DNA of 17,104 nucleotides, taken from IMG/VR virus record IMGVR_UViG_2534681701_000012; one strand, written 5' to 3'. Positions 7,407 through 14,984 of the stretch are shown here, piece after piece. The translations under genes were made by a program, and so were the position numbers. Each line of letters opens with the position of its first letter. The stretch's first letter is position 1. The stretch comes from a virus. Its lineage: Duplodnaviria; Heunggongvirae; Uroviricota; Caudoviricetes. The notes beneath the pieces are model-generated. The model saw only the letters and a list, made by a program, of their open reading frames with translations. It was not told the DNA's origin and ran no database searches.

Positions 7407-8447
7407 ATGGCTAATGCCTGGCTCAGGTTATGGCATGACATGCCAAATGATCCTAAGTGGCGAACAATTTCCAGGGTGTCAGGACAGCCAATTGCAACAG
7501 TGATGGCGGTGTATATCCACCTTCTGGTGAGCGCGTCACGAAATGTCACGACATGTCACGGCGTGTCACTACGTGGTCACATTGATGTCACGACGGAAGA
7601 TTTAGCAAGTGCGCTTGATGTGACGGAAGAAGTAATTGATTCAATTTTACAGGCAATGCAGGGGCGGGTACTTGATGGAGATTTAATCACCGGATGGGAA
7701 AAACGCCAGGTACTGAAAGAGGACAATGGCAACGTTTCACAAACCGCGAAATCCCCGGCAGAGCGCAAGAGAGCGCAGCGCGAGAGGGAAAAATTACGAA
7801 AACAGAATGAGGGGTGTCACGACGAGTCACGCATATGTCACGACATGTCACGACGAGTCACGACAGATAAAGATACAGATAAAGAATTAAACCCCACACA
7901 TAACGCGCACGTGCGCGAGAGTGCTCCGACCAGTGAGTCGAGTGGTACGCCGTTGCAGGCAGCAGAACCTGCATCCCTGGATGGACTGAGCGAACCCATC
8001 GGGAAATTTCCGATGGTCGATGACTGGCATCCGTCGCCGGATTTTCGACGACGGGCTGCGTTGTGGGGGATGGCTTTGCCGGAGCCGGAATTTACACCTG
8101 CTGAACTTGCCGCTTTCTGGGACTACTGGGCAGCGGAGGGGAAAGTTTTCACGCAGGTTCAGTGGGAGCAGAAATTCGCCCGTCACGTAAATCACGTCAG
8201 GGCGCAGGTTAAGCCAGTCAGCAAGGGGGTAAACCATGCAGCAGCACCAGGTGGCACCGCATCACGGGCAGTTCAGGAAATTCGGGCAGCACGTGAGCAG
8301 TGGGAACGTGAAAACGGATTTATCAGCGACGGAAACGGTCTGGAAGCTGTGGGAACTCATGGGGGAGGTTTATTCGAACCGCTGGACCCAGAAGAACGGG
8401 GCCGCACCTTCGAAGCTCTGGATTGCACAGATTGGCGCGATGACTGA
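7407..8447 (+). CDS. Replication initiator / replisome organiser (functional analogue of lambda O)
   Basis: N-terminal MANAWLRLWHDMPNDPKW fits the phage replisome-organiser N-terminal motif. Iteron clusters lie inside the ORF and a P-like gene follows. Start taken at ATG 7407 (GAGGTG Shine-Dalgarno) rather than GTG 7401. The 3' end is uncertain because of the long overlap with the next gene. Confidence 0.75.
   Translation: MANAWLRLWHDMPNDPKWRTISRVSGQPIATVMAVYIHLLVSASRNVTTCHGVSLRGHIDVTTEDLASALDVTEEVIDSILQAMQGRVLDGDLITGWEKRQVLKEDNGNVSQTAKSPAERKRAQREREKLRKQNEGCHDESRICHDMSRRVTTDKDTDKELNPTHNAHVRESAPTSESSGTPLQAAEPASLDGLSEPIGKFPMVDDWHPSPDFRRRAALWGMALPEPEFTPAELAAFWDYWAAEGKVFTQVQWEQKFARHVNHVRAQVKPVSKGVNHAAAPGGTASRAVQEIRAAREQWERENGFISDGNGLEAVGTHGGGLFEPLDPEERGRTFEALDCTDWRDD
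7535..7893. repeat. Putative replication origin: two iteron clusters plus AT-rich tract inside the O-like gene
   Basis: GTCAC(G/T) repeated 6 times at 7535-7591 and 5 times at 7815-7861, spaced 10-11 bp (one helical turn). Second cluster is followed by AGATAAAGATACAGATAAAGAATTAAA. Confidence 0.6.
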
Positions 8448-8901
8448 GCAGCAAATCCGACAGGTCTGCCGCCAGTGCATGGACCGCTGCCGGGCGGGTG
8501 AAACATGGCCTCCGGACCTGGCTGAGTTTGTGGCGCTGATTTCGGAGAGCGGAGCCAATCCATTCGGTCTGACGGTGGATGCTGTGATGGAGGAGTACCG
8601 CCGCTGGCGCAATGAGTCCTGGCGATATGACGGAAGTGATAAGTACCCGTGGCCTCAGCCTGTGCTGTATCACATTTGCCTTGAGATGCGTTCAAAGGGG
8701 ATTGAGCGCCAGATGACCGAAGGGGAATTAAAACGGCTTGCAGAACGGCAGCTGACGAAATGGGCAAAGCATGTTAGTAACGGCCTGAGCGTTCCGCCAG
8801 TCCGGCGACAACTGGCGGCACCCAAACGCCCGTCGGGGCCAACGCCAATTGAGTTGCTGAAACAGGAATATGAACGCCGGAAAGCGGCTGGGTTTGTTTG
8901 A
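8236..8901 (+). CDS. Lambda P-like replicative helicase loader
   Basis: 221-aa ORF; C-terminal half (YPWPQPVLYHICLEM...GELKRLAERQLTKWAKHV) aligns by eye with lambda P (YPWKSNAHYWLVTNL...AELRRKAADELVHM). AAGGGGG Shine-Dalgarno 7 nt upstream of ATG 8236. Overlaps the O-like ORF by 212 nt; alternative starts at 8359 or 8440. Confidence 0.8.
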   Translation: MQQHQVAPHHGQFRKFGQHVSSGNVKTDLSATETVWKLWELMGEVYSNRWTQKNGAAPSKLWIAQIGAMTEQQIRQVCRQCMDRCRAGETWPPDLAEFVALISESGANPFGLTVDAVMEEYRRWRNESWRYDGSDKYPWPQPVLYHICLEMRSKGIERQMTEGELKRLAERQLTKWAKHVSNGLSVPPVRRQLAAPKRPSGPTPIELLKQEYERRKAAGFV

Positions 8902-8933
8902 GTTGAGAAGTAATTTTTACCGGGAGGAAATTT

Positions 8934-9687
8934 ATGGAGACTGTTTTTGACGCACTGAAAGCGATGGGAAAAGCCACGTCGGTAGAGCTGGCTGCGCGAC
9001 TTGATATCAGTCGTGAAGAAGTGCTGAACGAACTATGGGAACTGAAAAAGGCTGGTTTCGTTGATAAAAGCGCGTACACCTGGCGTGTGGCTGATAACAA
9101 CGTTCAGCAGGAACAGCCAGCGCAGGCAGAACTGCCGGAAGAAACCACCACAGCAACAGTAGCGAAAATCTCAGAGTGCGATTTAACCGCAACGATTGAA
9201 CAACGCGGACCACAAACGGCGGATGAACTGGCTACGTTTTTTCGGCATCACATCACGCAAAGTGGCTTCAACGCTGGCAATGGCAATCAGTAAAGGTCGT
9301 CTGATTCGCGTTAATCAGAACGGTAAATTTCGTTACTGCATGCCGGGCGATAATTTACCAGCAGAGCCGAAAGCTGCATCGGTAGCGGAAACTGATGGTA
9401 AAGCCTTTCCTCAGCCAGCCGGTGTTGCGTTACCAGTACTGGAAGCTGCAACACAGGAAGATATTAAAACCGAAACTGTGGCGGACATTGTGCAGTCGTT
9501 GCCATCGTTTACTGAAACGCAAGCGGATAACCTGATTTTACCATCGCTGCATATAGCAAATCGTGAACTGCGTCGGGCGAAAAGTCATGTCCAGAAGTGG
9601 GAACGAGTCTGCACCGCGCTGCGGGAGCTGAACAAGCACCGGGATATTCTTCGGGATATTACCGCGACCGGAGAGCTGCAGCGGTGA
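8934..9687 (+). pseudogene. Tandem winged-helix protein gene split by a 1-nt frameshift in a T6 run (possibly DUF1627-type)
   Basis: ORF 8934-9293 (GGGAGG Shine-Dalgarno) and ORF 9196-9687 overlap in different frames. Reading through T6 at 9237-9242 as T5 joins ...TADELATFF to [23 protein letters not shown], a second copy of the N-terminal wHTH-like segment [30 protein letters not shown]. Fused product would be about 251 aa. Confidence 0.55.
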
Positions 9688-10001
9688 GTGGCTGGAAGAA
9701 GTGGTACGAGGCTGAAATCATGATACTCCGGCAGTGTGCGGGAACGATGACGGTCGAAAGCATTGGGAGGCTGACCGGTCGTACAGGTGATGCTGTCAGA
9801 ACGAAAGCGCGGGAACTGGGTGTCAGCCTGATGTTACGGGGTGATTATCACCAGTCAACAAAATATCCGCAGAGTGATATTGAACTGGCGCGACAGCTGC
9901 ATCAGCGTGGCGTACCCAGGAGAGAAATCGCCAGAAAATTTGGAATGCCGTTGCGCACAGTGAATAACTACGTTTATTTCGACAGGAGAGTTCAGGAGTG
10001 A
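9684..10001 (+). CDS. Small HTH-containing protein
   Basis: Likely starts at GTG 9684 overlapping the upstream stop (GTGA), with GGAG upstream; the track ATG at 9597 lies inside the previous gene. C-terminal [32 protein letters not shown] is HTH-like. Confidence 0.5.
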   Translation: MSGWKKWYEAEIMILRQCAGTMTVESIGRLTGRTGDAVRTKARELGVSLMLRGDYHQSTKYPQSDIELARQLHQRGVPRREIARKFGMPLRTVNNYVYFDRRVQE

Positions 10002-10294
10002 GGGTGAGAGTTTATATTGCCGGTCCAATGACCGGGTATAAAAATTTCAACCGTGAGGCGTTCCACAAGGCGGAAGAGGAACTGAAACGGGAAGGGCATA
10101 CAGTCTTGAACCCGGCAGTACTTCCGGATGGGCTGACACAGCCGCACTACATGGATATTTGCATGGCAATGATTCGTTGTGTGGATGCGATTTACATGCT
10201 GAAAGGCTGGCAGCGGTCAGCAGGTGCTAAGGCAGAACTGGCGCTGGCGGAGAAACTGGGGCATGCAGTTATTTTCCAGGAGGAGGTACAGTGA
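9998..10294 (+). CDS. DUF4406-like protein (nucleoside 2-deoxyribosyltransferase-like fold, by recollection)
   Basis: 98-aa ORF, GTG start overlapping the upstream stop; N-terminal VYIAGPMTG is a Rossmann-like glycine-rich motif. Family name from memory only. Confidence 0.6.
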   Translation: MRVRVYIAGPMTGYKNFNREAFHKAEEELKREGHTVLNPAVLPDGLTQPHYMDICMAMIRCVDAIYMLKGWQRSAGAKAELALAEKLGHAVIFQEEVQ

Positions 10295-10566
10295 ATATCG
10301 ACGCAACAATGACGATTGGTACGGCCCTCAATACGGGGTTGGCGCTTCCTGGTTGGTGCTACATCATGTTCTGCTCATGGCGGTGGCTGTCACTGATGTT
10401 ACTGAAAGAATGGAATAAACGCTGTAAACAGACGCAGCGGCAGAAGGCAATGAATGCGTTTTTTGAGACCTTCGATATTGACAGTATAGAACCAGGAGAG
10501 CCAGCTCGCGTGATTAGCAGAGGTGACGTTGTAATTCTTGTATACCGGAGTGAAGAGAAAGCATAA
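10291..10566 (+). CDS. Small predicted membrane protein
   Basis: 91-aa ORF with GTG start overlapping the upstream stop (GTGA); hydrophobic segment IGTALNTGLALPGWCYIMFCSWRWLSLMLL. Confidence 0.45.
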   Translation: MNIDATMTIGTALNTGLALPGWCYIMFCSWRWLSLMLLKEWNKRCKQTQRQKAMNAFFETFDIDSIEPGEPARVISRGDVVILVYRSEEKA

Positions 10567-10671
10567 TCCAAATCTGAATAATTAAATCCAGCACTGTAAA
10601 TAAAATTTAATCCTTAACCGGAGGGATTTCTGCACCCTCAGAACATCAGGAGGCCGCCTGAAAGGGCGGTA

Positions 10672-11094
10672 ATGAAAATGACTGAATTAACAAAAGAACA
10701 ATTAATCGAAGAAGCCAAATTAAAAATAGCGATTACGAAATGCCACCCCAATTCAGGGATGGCGCGAGTAGAGGGCGAGTTATTCAAAATTGCACTGGCA
10801 TCGCTGGAAGCAGAGCCGATAGCGTGGCGATATCGCTACGTGAAAAAAGGTGTTATGGACTCTCAGGGGGAGTTGTGGGTTGGTGACTGGAAATATGTAC
10901 CGAAAAAAGAGGATTGTAACGACAGGCCGAACTATGAAATTCAGGCCTTATTCACTGCCCCACCAGTCCCGGTTACATCAGAAGAACTGGTTAAAGCTGT
11001 GCACTTTTATGAACAACTAAAACGCGAAAATCCACCAGCATCCGGCAACCAGATTAATGGGTTAACTATGCCGGTTAAACGACCAGCCGACTGA
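10672..11094 (+). CDS. Hypothetical nin-region protein
   Basis: 140-aa ORF with AGGAGG upstream (separated from the ATG by a hairpin) and normal composition. No motif recognised. Confidence 0.65.
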   Translation: MKMTELTKEQLIEEAKLKIAITKCHPNSGMARVEGELFKIALASLEAEPIAWRYRYVKKGVMDSQGELWVGDWKYVPKKEDCNDRPNYEIQALFTAPPVPVTSEELVKAVHFYEQLKRENPPASGNQINGLTMPVKRPAD

Positions 11095-11305
11095 AAAACG
11101 GAAACCTGATTACAGATTCCCAGATAAGGCAATGAGCTACCTGGCGTAGAGTGGGCTGATAAGTATGGGGAATGTTTTACGATGAATATTTAGACTAAAG
11201 AGTTTGTAACGCTATGTAAGTGATTTTTTCTGGTTTAGATATTTATATGTCCGGCCAAATTGAGGTGTGTTTAAATGTAATTGCACATTGATTGTAGGGG
11301 GAATA

Positions 11306-11485
11306 ATGAAAAACGCATTGCAGTTTTTGTTTGTTGCGTTCTGGTTGTTCGCATCATGTATGCCCATCATCTTCACAGCAAGGTATATGGAAAAAATTGA
11401 TGTTTTGATATTAATGTTTGGACATATAAATGCCCTTTTTTTAGGGGTGTTCATGGCGGTCACGTGCATTGAATACTGGCGGTAA
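11306..11485 (+). CDS. Small two-helix hydrophobic protein in AT-rich island
   Basis: 59-aa ORF from ATG 11306 with AGGGGGA Shine-Dalgarno; two predicted TM segments (LQFLFVAFWLFASCMPIIF and INALFLGVFMAVTCI). The ORF-track version (11267) starts upstream at a poorer site. Confidence 0.45.
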   Translation: MKNALQFLFVAFWLFASCMPIIFTARYMEKIDVLILMFGHINALFLGVFMAVTCIEYWR

Positions 11486-11744
11486 ATACAGCGAACGCTA
11501 TTGGTTTAGTTGGATATTTACTGTGCCGGACAAAAACGGTTTGCAGGGAAATCTTAGTTAAGTAGAATGACTGTGGGTGCTTGAGGCTATCTGTCTCAGG
11601 CATGAACACCAAAAGGCAGATAGAGAAAAGCCCCAGTTAACATTACGCGTCCGGCAAGACGCTTAACATTAATCTGAGGCCATATCTATGCTCTACACAC
11701 GTAGGTTAGCCTCTTACGTGCCGAAAGGCAAGGAGAAGCAGGCT

Positions 11745-11900
11745 ATGAAGCAGCAAAAGGCGATGCTAATCGCCCTGATCGTCATCTGTTTAACCGTCAT
11801 AGTGACGGCACTGGTAACGAGGAAAGACCTCTGCGAGGTACGAATCCGAACCGGCCAGACGGAGGTCGCTGTCTTCACAGCTTACGAACCTGAGGAGTAA
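11745..11900 (+). CDS. hok: Hok/Gef-family membrane toxin (HokD/RelF-like)
   Basis: 51-aa product MKQQKAMLIALIVICLTVIVTALVTRKDLCEVRIRTGQTEVAVFTAYEPEE has the Hok signature (TM helix, RK..LCE.R, EV..F.AYE). AGGAG Shine-Dalgarno 9 nt upstream. Confidence 0.85.
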   Translation: MKQQKAMLIALIVICLTVIVTALVTRKDLCEVRIRTGQTEVAVFTAYEPEE

Positions 11901-11970
11901 GAGACCGGGCGGGGGAGAAATCCCTCGCCACCTCTGATGTGTCAGGCATCCTCAACGCACCCGCACTTAA

Positions 11971-11996
11971 CCCGCTTCGGCGGGTTTTTGTTTTTA
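11971..11996 (+). terminator. Intrinsic terminator downstream of hok
   Basis: CCCGC-ttcg-GCGGG followed by TTTTTGTTTTT. Confidence 0.6.
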
Positions 11997-12119
11997 TTTT
12001 CAACGCGTTTGAAGTTTTAGATGGTGCCGGAATAGAATCAAAAATACTTAAGTAGCGCGCAGGGAGAAGAGGGATGGACCCCGAAGGGGAAGAGCTATTT
12101 ATCTGGAAGGATTCTGAAG

Positions 12120-12293
12120 ATGAAAATCGAAGAATTACGTGAAATTTTTAGTGAAGATGGCCTCTATGCTGTGCGCGTTGAGAATGGGGGTATTACCTAC
12201 ACAGCGTTAATTCCTGATGATCATGTAGTGTTATCTGTTGAGGCATTCATTGAATACTTGGAAAGACTCGGTTTCAAGGTAGTTCGGGAATAA
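12120..12293 (+). CDS. Hypothetical 57-aa protein
   Basis: Hand-translated ORF MKIEELREIFSEDGLYAVRVENGGITYTALIPDDHVVLSVEAFIEYLERLGFKVVRE with GGAAGG 9 nt upstream; below the track cut-off. Coding status uncertain. Confidence 0.35.
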   Translation: MKIEELREIFSEDGLYAVRVENGGITYTALIPDDHVVLSVEAFIEYLERLGFKVVRE

Positions 12294-12352
12294 GTTATAA
12301 TACGTGAGCCAGCCTGAACAACTGGCAACCTGCAGCGCCATTGGAGATGACA

Positions 12353-12625
12353 ATGGCGCATAATTTCAAATTTCGCAATTCTGATTCTGCCTTTGCCAGC
12401 AGGCACGGGTGGCGTTCTTACGCATTCAAATATGACTGGTATCAGCACGATCCCTGTACTGAAGAACAGGCCGAATGGCTGATTCATAACTACCGCAGAC
12501 GTGGATATGAGTTTAGGAAAGCCCTCACCCTCGATTATCGTCACTGGATAATCTACGTCAGACTCCCTTATTCCGAACGCCCACCGCGTCCGTCCCGCAC
12601 ATTCCAGCAACGCATCTGGAGGTAA
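12353..12625 (+). CDS. Hypothetical protein upstream of DUF968 gene (position analogous to rem in Qin)
   Basis: ORF likely starting at ATG 12353 (MAHNFKFRNSD...) with GGAG upstream. Its stop is 1 nt before the GTG start of the next gene. Confidence 0.55.
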   Translation: MAHNFKFRNSDSAFASRHGWRSYAFKYDWYQHDPCTEEQAEWLIHNYRRRGYEFRKALTLDYRHWIIYVRLPYSERPPRPSRTFQQRIWR

Positions 12626-12626
12626 C

Positions 12627-13673
12627 GTGCGGGTATTACTTCGACCTGTTCTGGTACCGGAACTCGGGCTGGTGATCGTTAAGCCGGGCCGTGAATCCAT
12701 GCCGGTATTCCACAATACCCGGGTACTGGTGGAGCCGGAACCGAAAAGCATGCGTAATCTGCCGTCCGGGGTCGTTCCTGCCGTTCGCCAGCCGCTGGCG
12801 GAGGATAAATCATTACTGCCATTTTTCAGCGACGAACGAGTGATTCGTGCTGCTGGTGGCGCTGGCGCATTGTCTGACTGGTTACTGCGCCATGTTAAAT
12901 CCTGCCAGTGGCCACACGGCGATTATCACCACAGTGAAACCGTCATTCACCGTTATGGTACCGGCGCAATGGTGTTGTGCTGGCACTGCGACAACCAGCT
13001 GCGCGACCAGACCTCCGAATCACTCGGGCAACTTGCTCACCAAAACCTGTCTGCATGGATGATTGACGTCATACGCCATGCAATGAATGGCTCGCAGGAA
13101 CGGGAATTATCGCTGGCTGAATTATCCTGGTGGGCGGTCCGCAATCAGGTGGCGGACGCGCTACCGGAAGCGGTATTACGTCGTTCGCTGGGGTTGCGTG
13201 CGGAAAAAATCCGCTCAATGTACCGTGAAAGCGACATCGTACCGGGAGAGCAGACCGCCACCAGCATACTGAAGCAGCGCACAAAAAATCTTGCGCCGCT
13301 GCCTCACGCCCACCAGCAAAACCCGCCACAGGAAGAGACGGTGGTCAGCATTGCCGTTGATCCTGAGTTTCCGGAATCTTTCATGAAACGACCTAAACGT
13401 CGCCGCTGGGTTAACGAGAAATACACACGCTGGGTGAAGACACAGCCGTGTGCGTGTTGTGGTAAGCCAGCCGACGATCCCCATCACCTGATTGGTCATG
13501 GTCAGGGCGGAATGGGGACAAAATCTCACGATATTTTCACGCTACCGCTGTGTCGGGAGCATCACAACGAGCTTCATGCGGATCCTCTGGCGTTCGAAGA
13601 AAAGCATGGTTCTCAGGTTGATTTAATTTTTCGTTTTCTTGATCACGCCTTTGCAACTGGCGTGCTTGGGTAA
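12627..13673 (+). CDS. DUF968-like protein with C-terminal HNH-like zinc-binding motif
   Basis: 348-aa ORF, GTG start with GGAGG Shine-Dalgarno 5 nt upstream. C-terminal CACCGKPADDPHHLIGHGQGG...LCREHHNELHADP resembles HNH/zinc-finger motifs of YdfU-like prophage proteins. Confidence 0.75.
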   Translation: MRVLLRPVLVPELGLVIVKPGRESMPVFHNTRVLVEPEPKSMRNLPSGVVPAVRQPLAEDKSLLPFFSDERVIRAAGGAGALSDWLLRHVKSCQWPHGDYHHSETVIHRYGTGAMVLCWHCDNQLRDQTSESLGQLAHQNLSAWMIDVIRHAMNGSQERELSLAELSWWAVRNQVADALPEAVLRRSLGLRAEKIRSMYRESDIVPGEQTATSILKQRTKNLAPLPHAHQQNPPQEETVVSIAVDPEFPESFMKRPKRRRWVNEKYTRWVKTQPCACCGKPADDPHHLIGHGQGGMGTKSHDIFTLPLCREHHNELHADPLAFEEKHGSQVDLIFRFLDHAFATGVLG

Positions 13674-13685
13674 AAGAGGTGACTG

Positions 13686-14060
13686 ATGCTCATAGATTTG
13701 GTTTTACCTTACCCGCCGACGGTGAACACTTACTGGCGACGCCGTGGCAGCACATATTTTATCTCGGAGGAGGGAAAGCGTTATCGCCGGGCTGTGGCGC
13801 TTATTGTTCGCCAGCAGCGGCTGAAATTAAGCCTGTCCGGAAGGCTGGCGATAAAGGTGATTGCAGAGCCACCGGATAAGCGTCGTCGCGACCTGGACAA
13901 TATCCTGAAAGCACCGCTGGATGCGCTGACGCATGCGGGAGTGTTAATGGACGATGAGCAGTTTGATGAAATCAATATCGTTCGTGGTCAGCCAGTATCT
14001 GGTGGACGTATGGGGGTGAAGATTTACCCCATAATGCATGAAGAGCAGGTCAAAAAATGA
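13686..14060 (+). CDS. rusA: RusA Holliday-junction resolvase
   Basis: 124-aa ORF; LPYPPTVNTYWRR and RRRDLDNILKAPLDALTHAGVLMDDEQ correspond to RusA motifs (K-12 RusA: [39 protein letters not shown]). Confidence 0.85.
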   Translation: MLIDLVLPYPPTVNTYWRRRGSTYFISEEGKRYRRAVALIVRQQRLKLSLSGRLAIKVIAEPPDKRRRDLDNILKAPLDALTHAGVLMDDEQFDEINIVRGQPVSGGRMGVKIYPIMHEEQVKK

Positions 14061-14878
14061 AACTGGAAGATTTACCGAAATACTACTCCCCAAAATCCCC
14101 TGGCCTGACCGATGCATCGGCCTCAACGTCAAAAGATGCGCTGAGTATCACTGATGTGATGGCCGCGCAGGGCATGACACAGAATCGGGCTGAGATGGGG
14201 TTTTCTGCGTTCCTGGGGAAAATGGGCATCAGTATGAATGACAGGGCGCGGGCAACAGAATTACTGGCAGATTATGCACTCAGTCGGTGCGATCGTATGG
14301 CGGCGTTGAGAAAACTTCCGGCAGAAATAAAACCGGTAGTGATGCGCATTATGGCTTCGTATGCGTTTGAAGATTATGCCCGTAGCGCGGCGAGCAAAAA
14401 ACAGTGCCCCTGCTGTCACGGAAAAAAATTTATTGAAAGCGAGGTTTTTACAAACAAGATCCAGTATCCGGATGGTAAGCCACCAGTGTGGGCAAAGTGC
14501 ACAAAAGGCGTGTATCCGTCTTACTGGGAAGAATGGAAAAAAGTCAGGGAGGTGGTAAAAGTTGCCTGTCCGGAGTGTGGCGGAAAGGGTGAGGTTTCCA
14601 CCGCCTGTAAGGATTGCCGTGGGCGTGGTGTCGCCATTCATCGTGAAGAGTCGGTAAAACGTGGTATGCCTGTTATCAGAGATTGCCAGCGTTGTGGTGG
14701 TCGTGGCTATGAAAGACTACCATCAACGGAGGCATTTAATGCCATACGCAAAGTGACGAGTGCTATCACGCTTGATACGTGGAAAAAATCAGTGAAACGC
14801 TTTTACGATACGTTGGTGGTTCGGTTTGACATTGAAGAGGCATGGGCGGAGCGGCAGTTAAAGAGGGTAACGCGATAG
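14057..14878 (+). CDS. Late-gene antiterminator Q-like protein with CxxCxGxG zinc-finger repeats
   Basis: 273-aa ORF whose ATG overlaps the rusA stop (ATGA). Repeated CPCCHGKK, CPECGGKG, CKDCRGRG, CQRCGGRG motifs. Followed by a promoter/terminator pair at the expected PR-prime/tR-prime position. Confidence 0.7.
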   Translation: MKLEDLPKYYSPKSPGLTDASASTSKDALSITDVMAAQGMTQNRAEMGFSAFLGKMGISMNDRARATELLADYALSRCDRMAALRKLPAEIKPVVMRIMASYAFEDYARSAASKKQCPCCHGKKFIESEVFTNKIQYPDGKPPVWAKCTKGVYPSYWEEWKKVREVVKVACPECGGKGEVSTACKDCRGRGVAIHREESVKRGMPVIRDCQRCGGRGYERLPSTEAFNAIRKVTSAITLDTWKKSVKRFYDTLVVRFDIEEAWAERQLKRVTR

Positions 14879-14884
14879 TGTTGT

Positions 14885-14912
14885 TGATTTTTCCCGAATC
14901 TGTGGTAGATTC
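14885..14912 (+). promoter_or_regulatory. Candidate late promoter (PR-prime-like) with Q-utilisation region
   Basis: TTGATT (14885-14890), 16-bp spacer, TAGATT (14907-14912), 7 nt after the Q stop. Confidence 0.45.
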
Positions 14913-14960
14913 GCTCTAACGATGGGCGTTTTATGCCTGACGTTAGAAGGATTTTTACAG

Positions 14961-14984
14961 CCCGCCATCGAGCGGGTTTTTTAT
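14961..14984 (+). terminator. Intrinsic terminator (tR-prime-like) about 50 nt downstream of the candidate late promoter
   Basis: CCCGC-catcga-GCGGG followed by TTTTTT. Confidence 0.6.

Noticed and set aside
7535-7861. Possible CRISPR array from the regularly spaced GTCAC repeats
   Set aside because: Repeat unit is only about 10-11 bp with no unique spacers, lies inside a coding sequence and fits replication-origin iterons.
8323-8767. Three overlapping minus-strand ORFs (80-136 aa)
   Set aside because: Antisense to the P-like gene, which has clear homology; GC-rich antisense frames.
11688-11744. Upstream in-frame extension of hok (70-aa ORF)
   Set aside because: Hok toxins are about 50 aa and the AGGAG Shine-Dalgarno precedes ATG 11745. 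The extension is probably leader sequence, though an N-extended product cannot be excluded.
12221-12751. 176-aa minus-strand ORF
   Set aside because: Overlaps the 3' end of the 57-aa ORF, the whole 94-aa gene and the start of the DUF968-like gene on the opposite strand; plus-strand genes have proper Shine-Dalgarno sequences and recognisable motifs.
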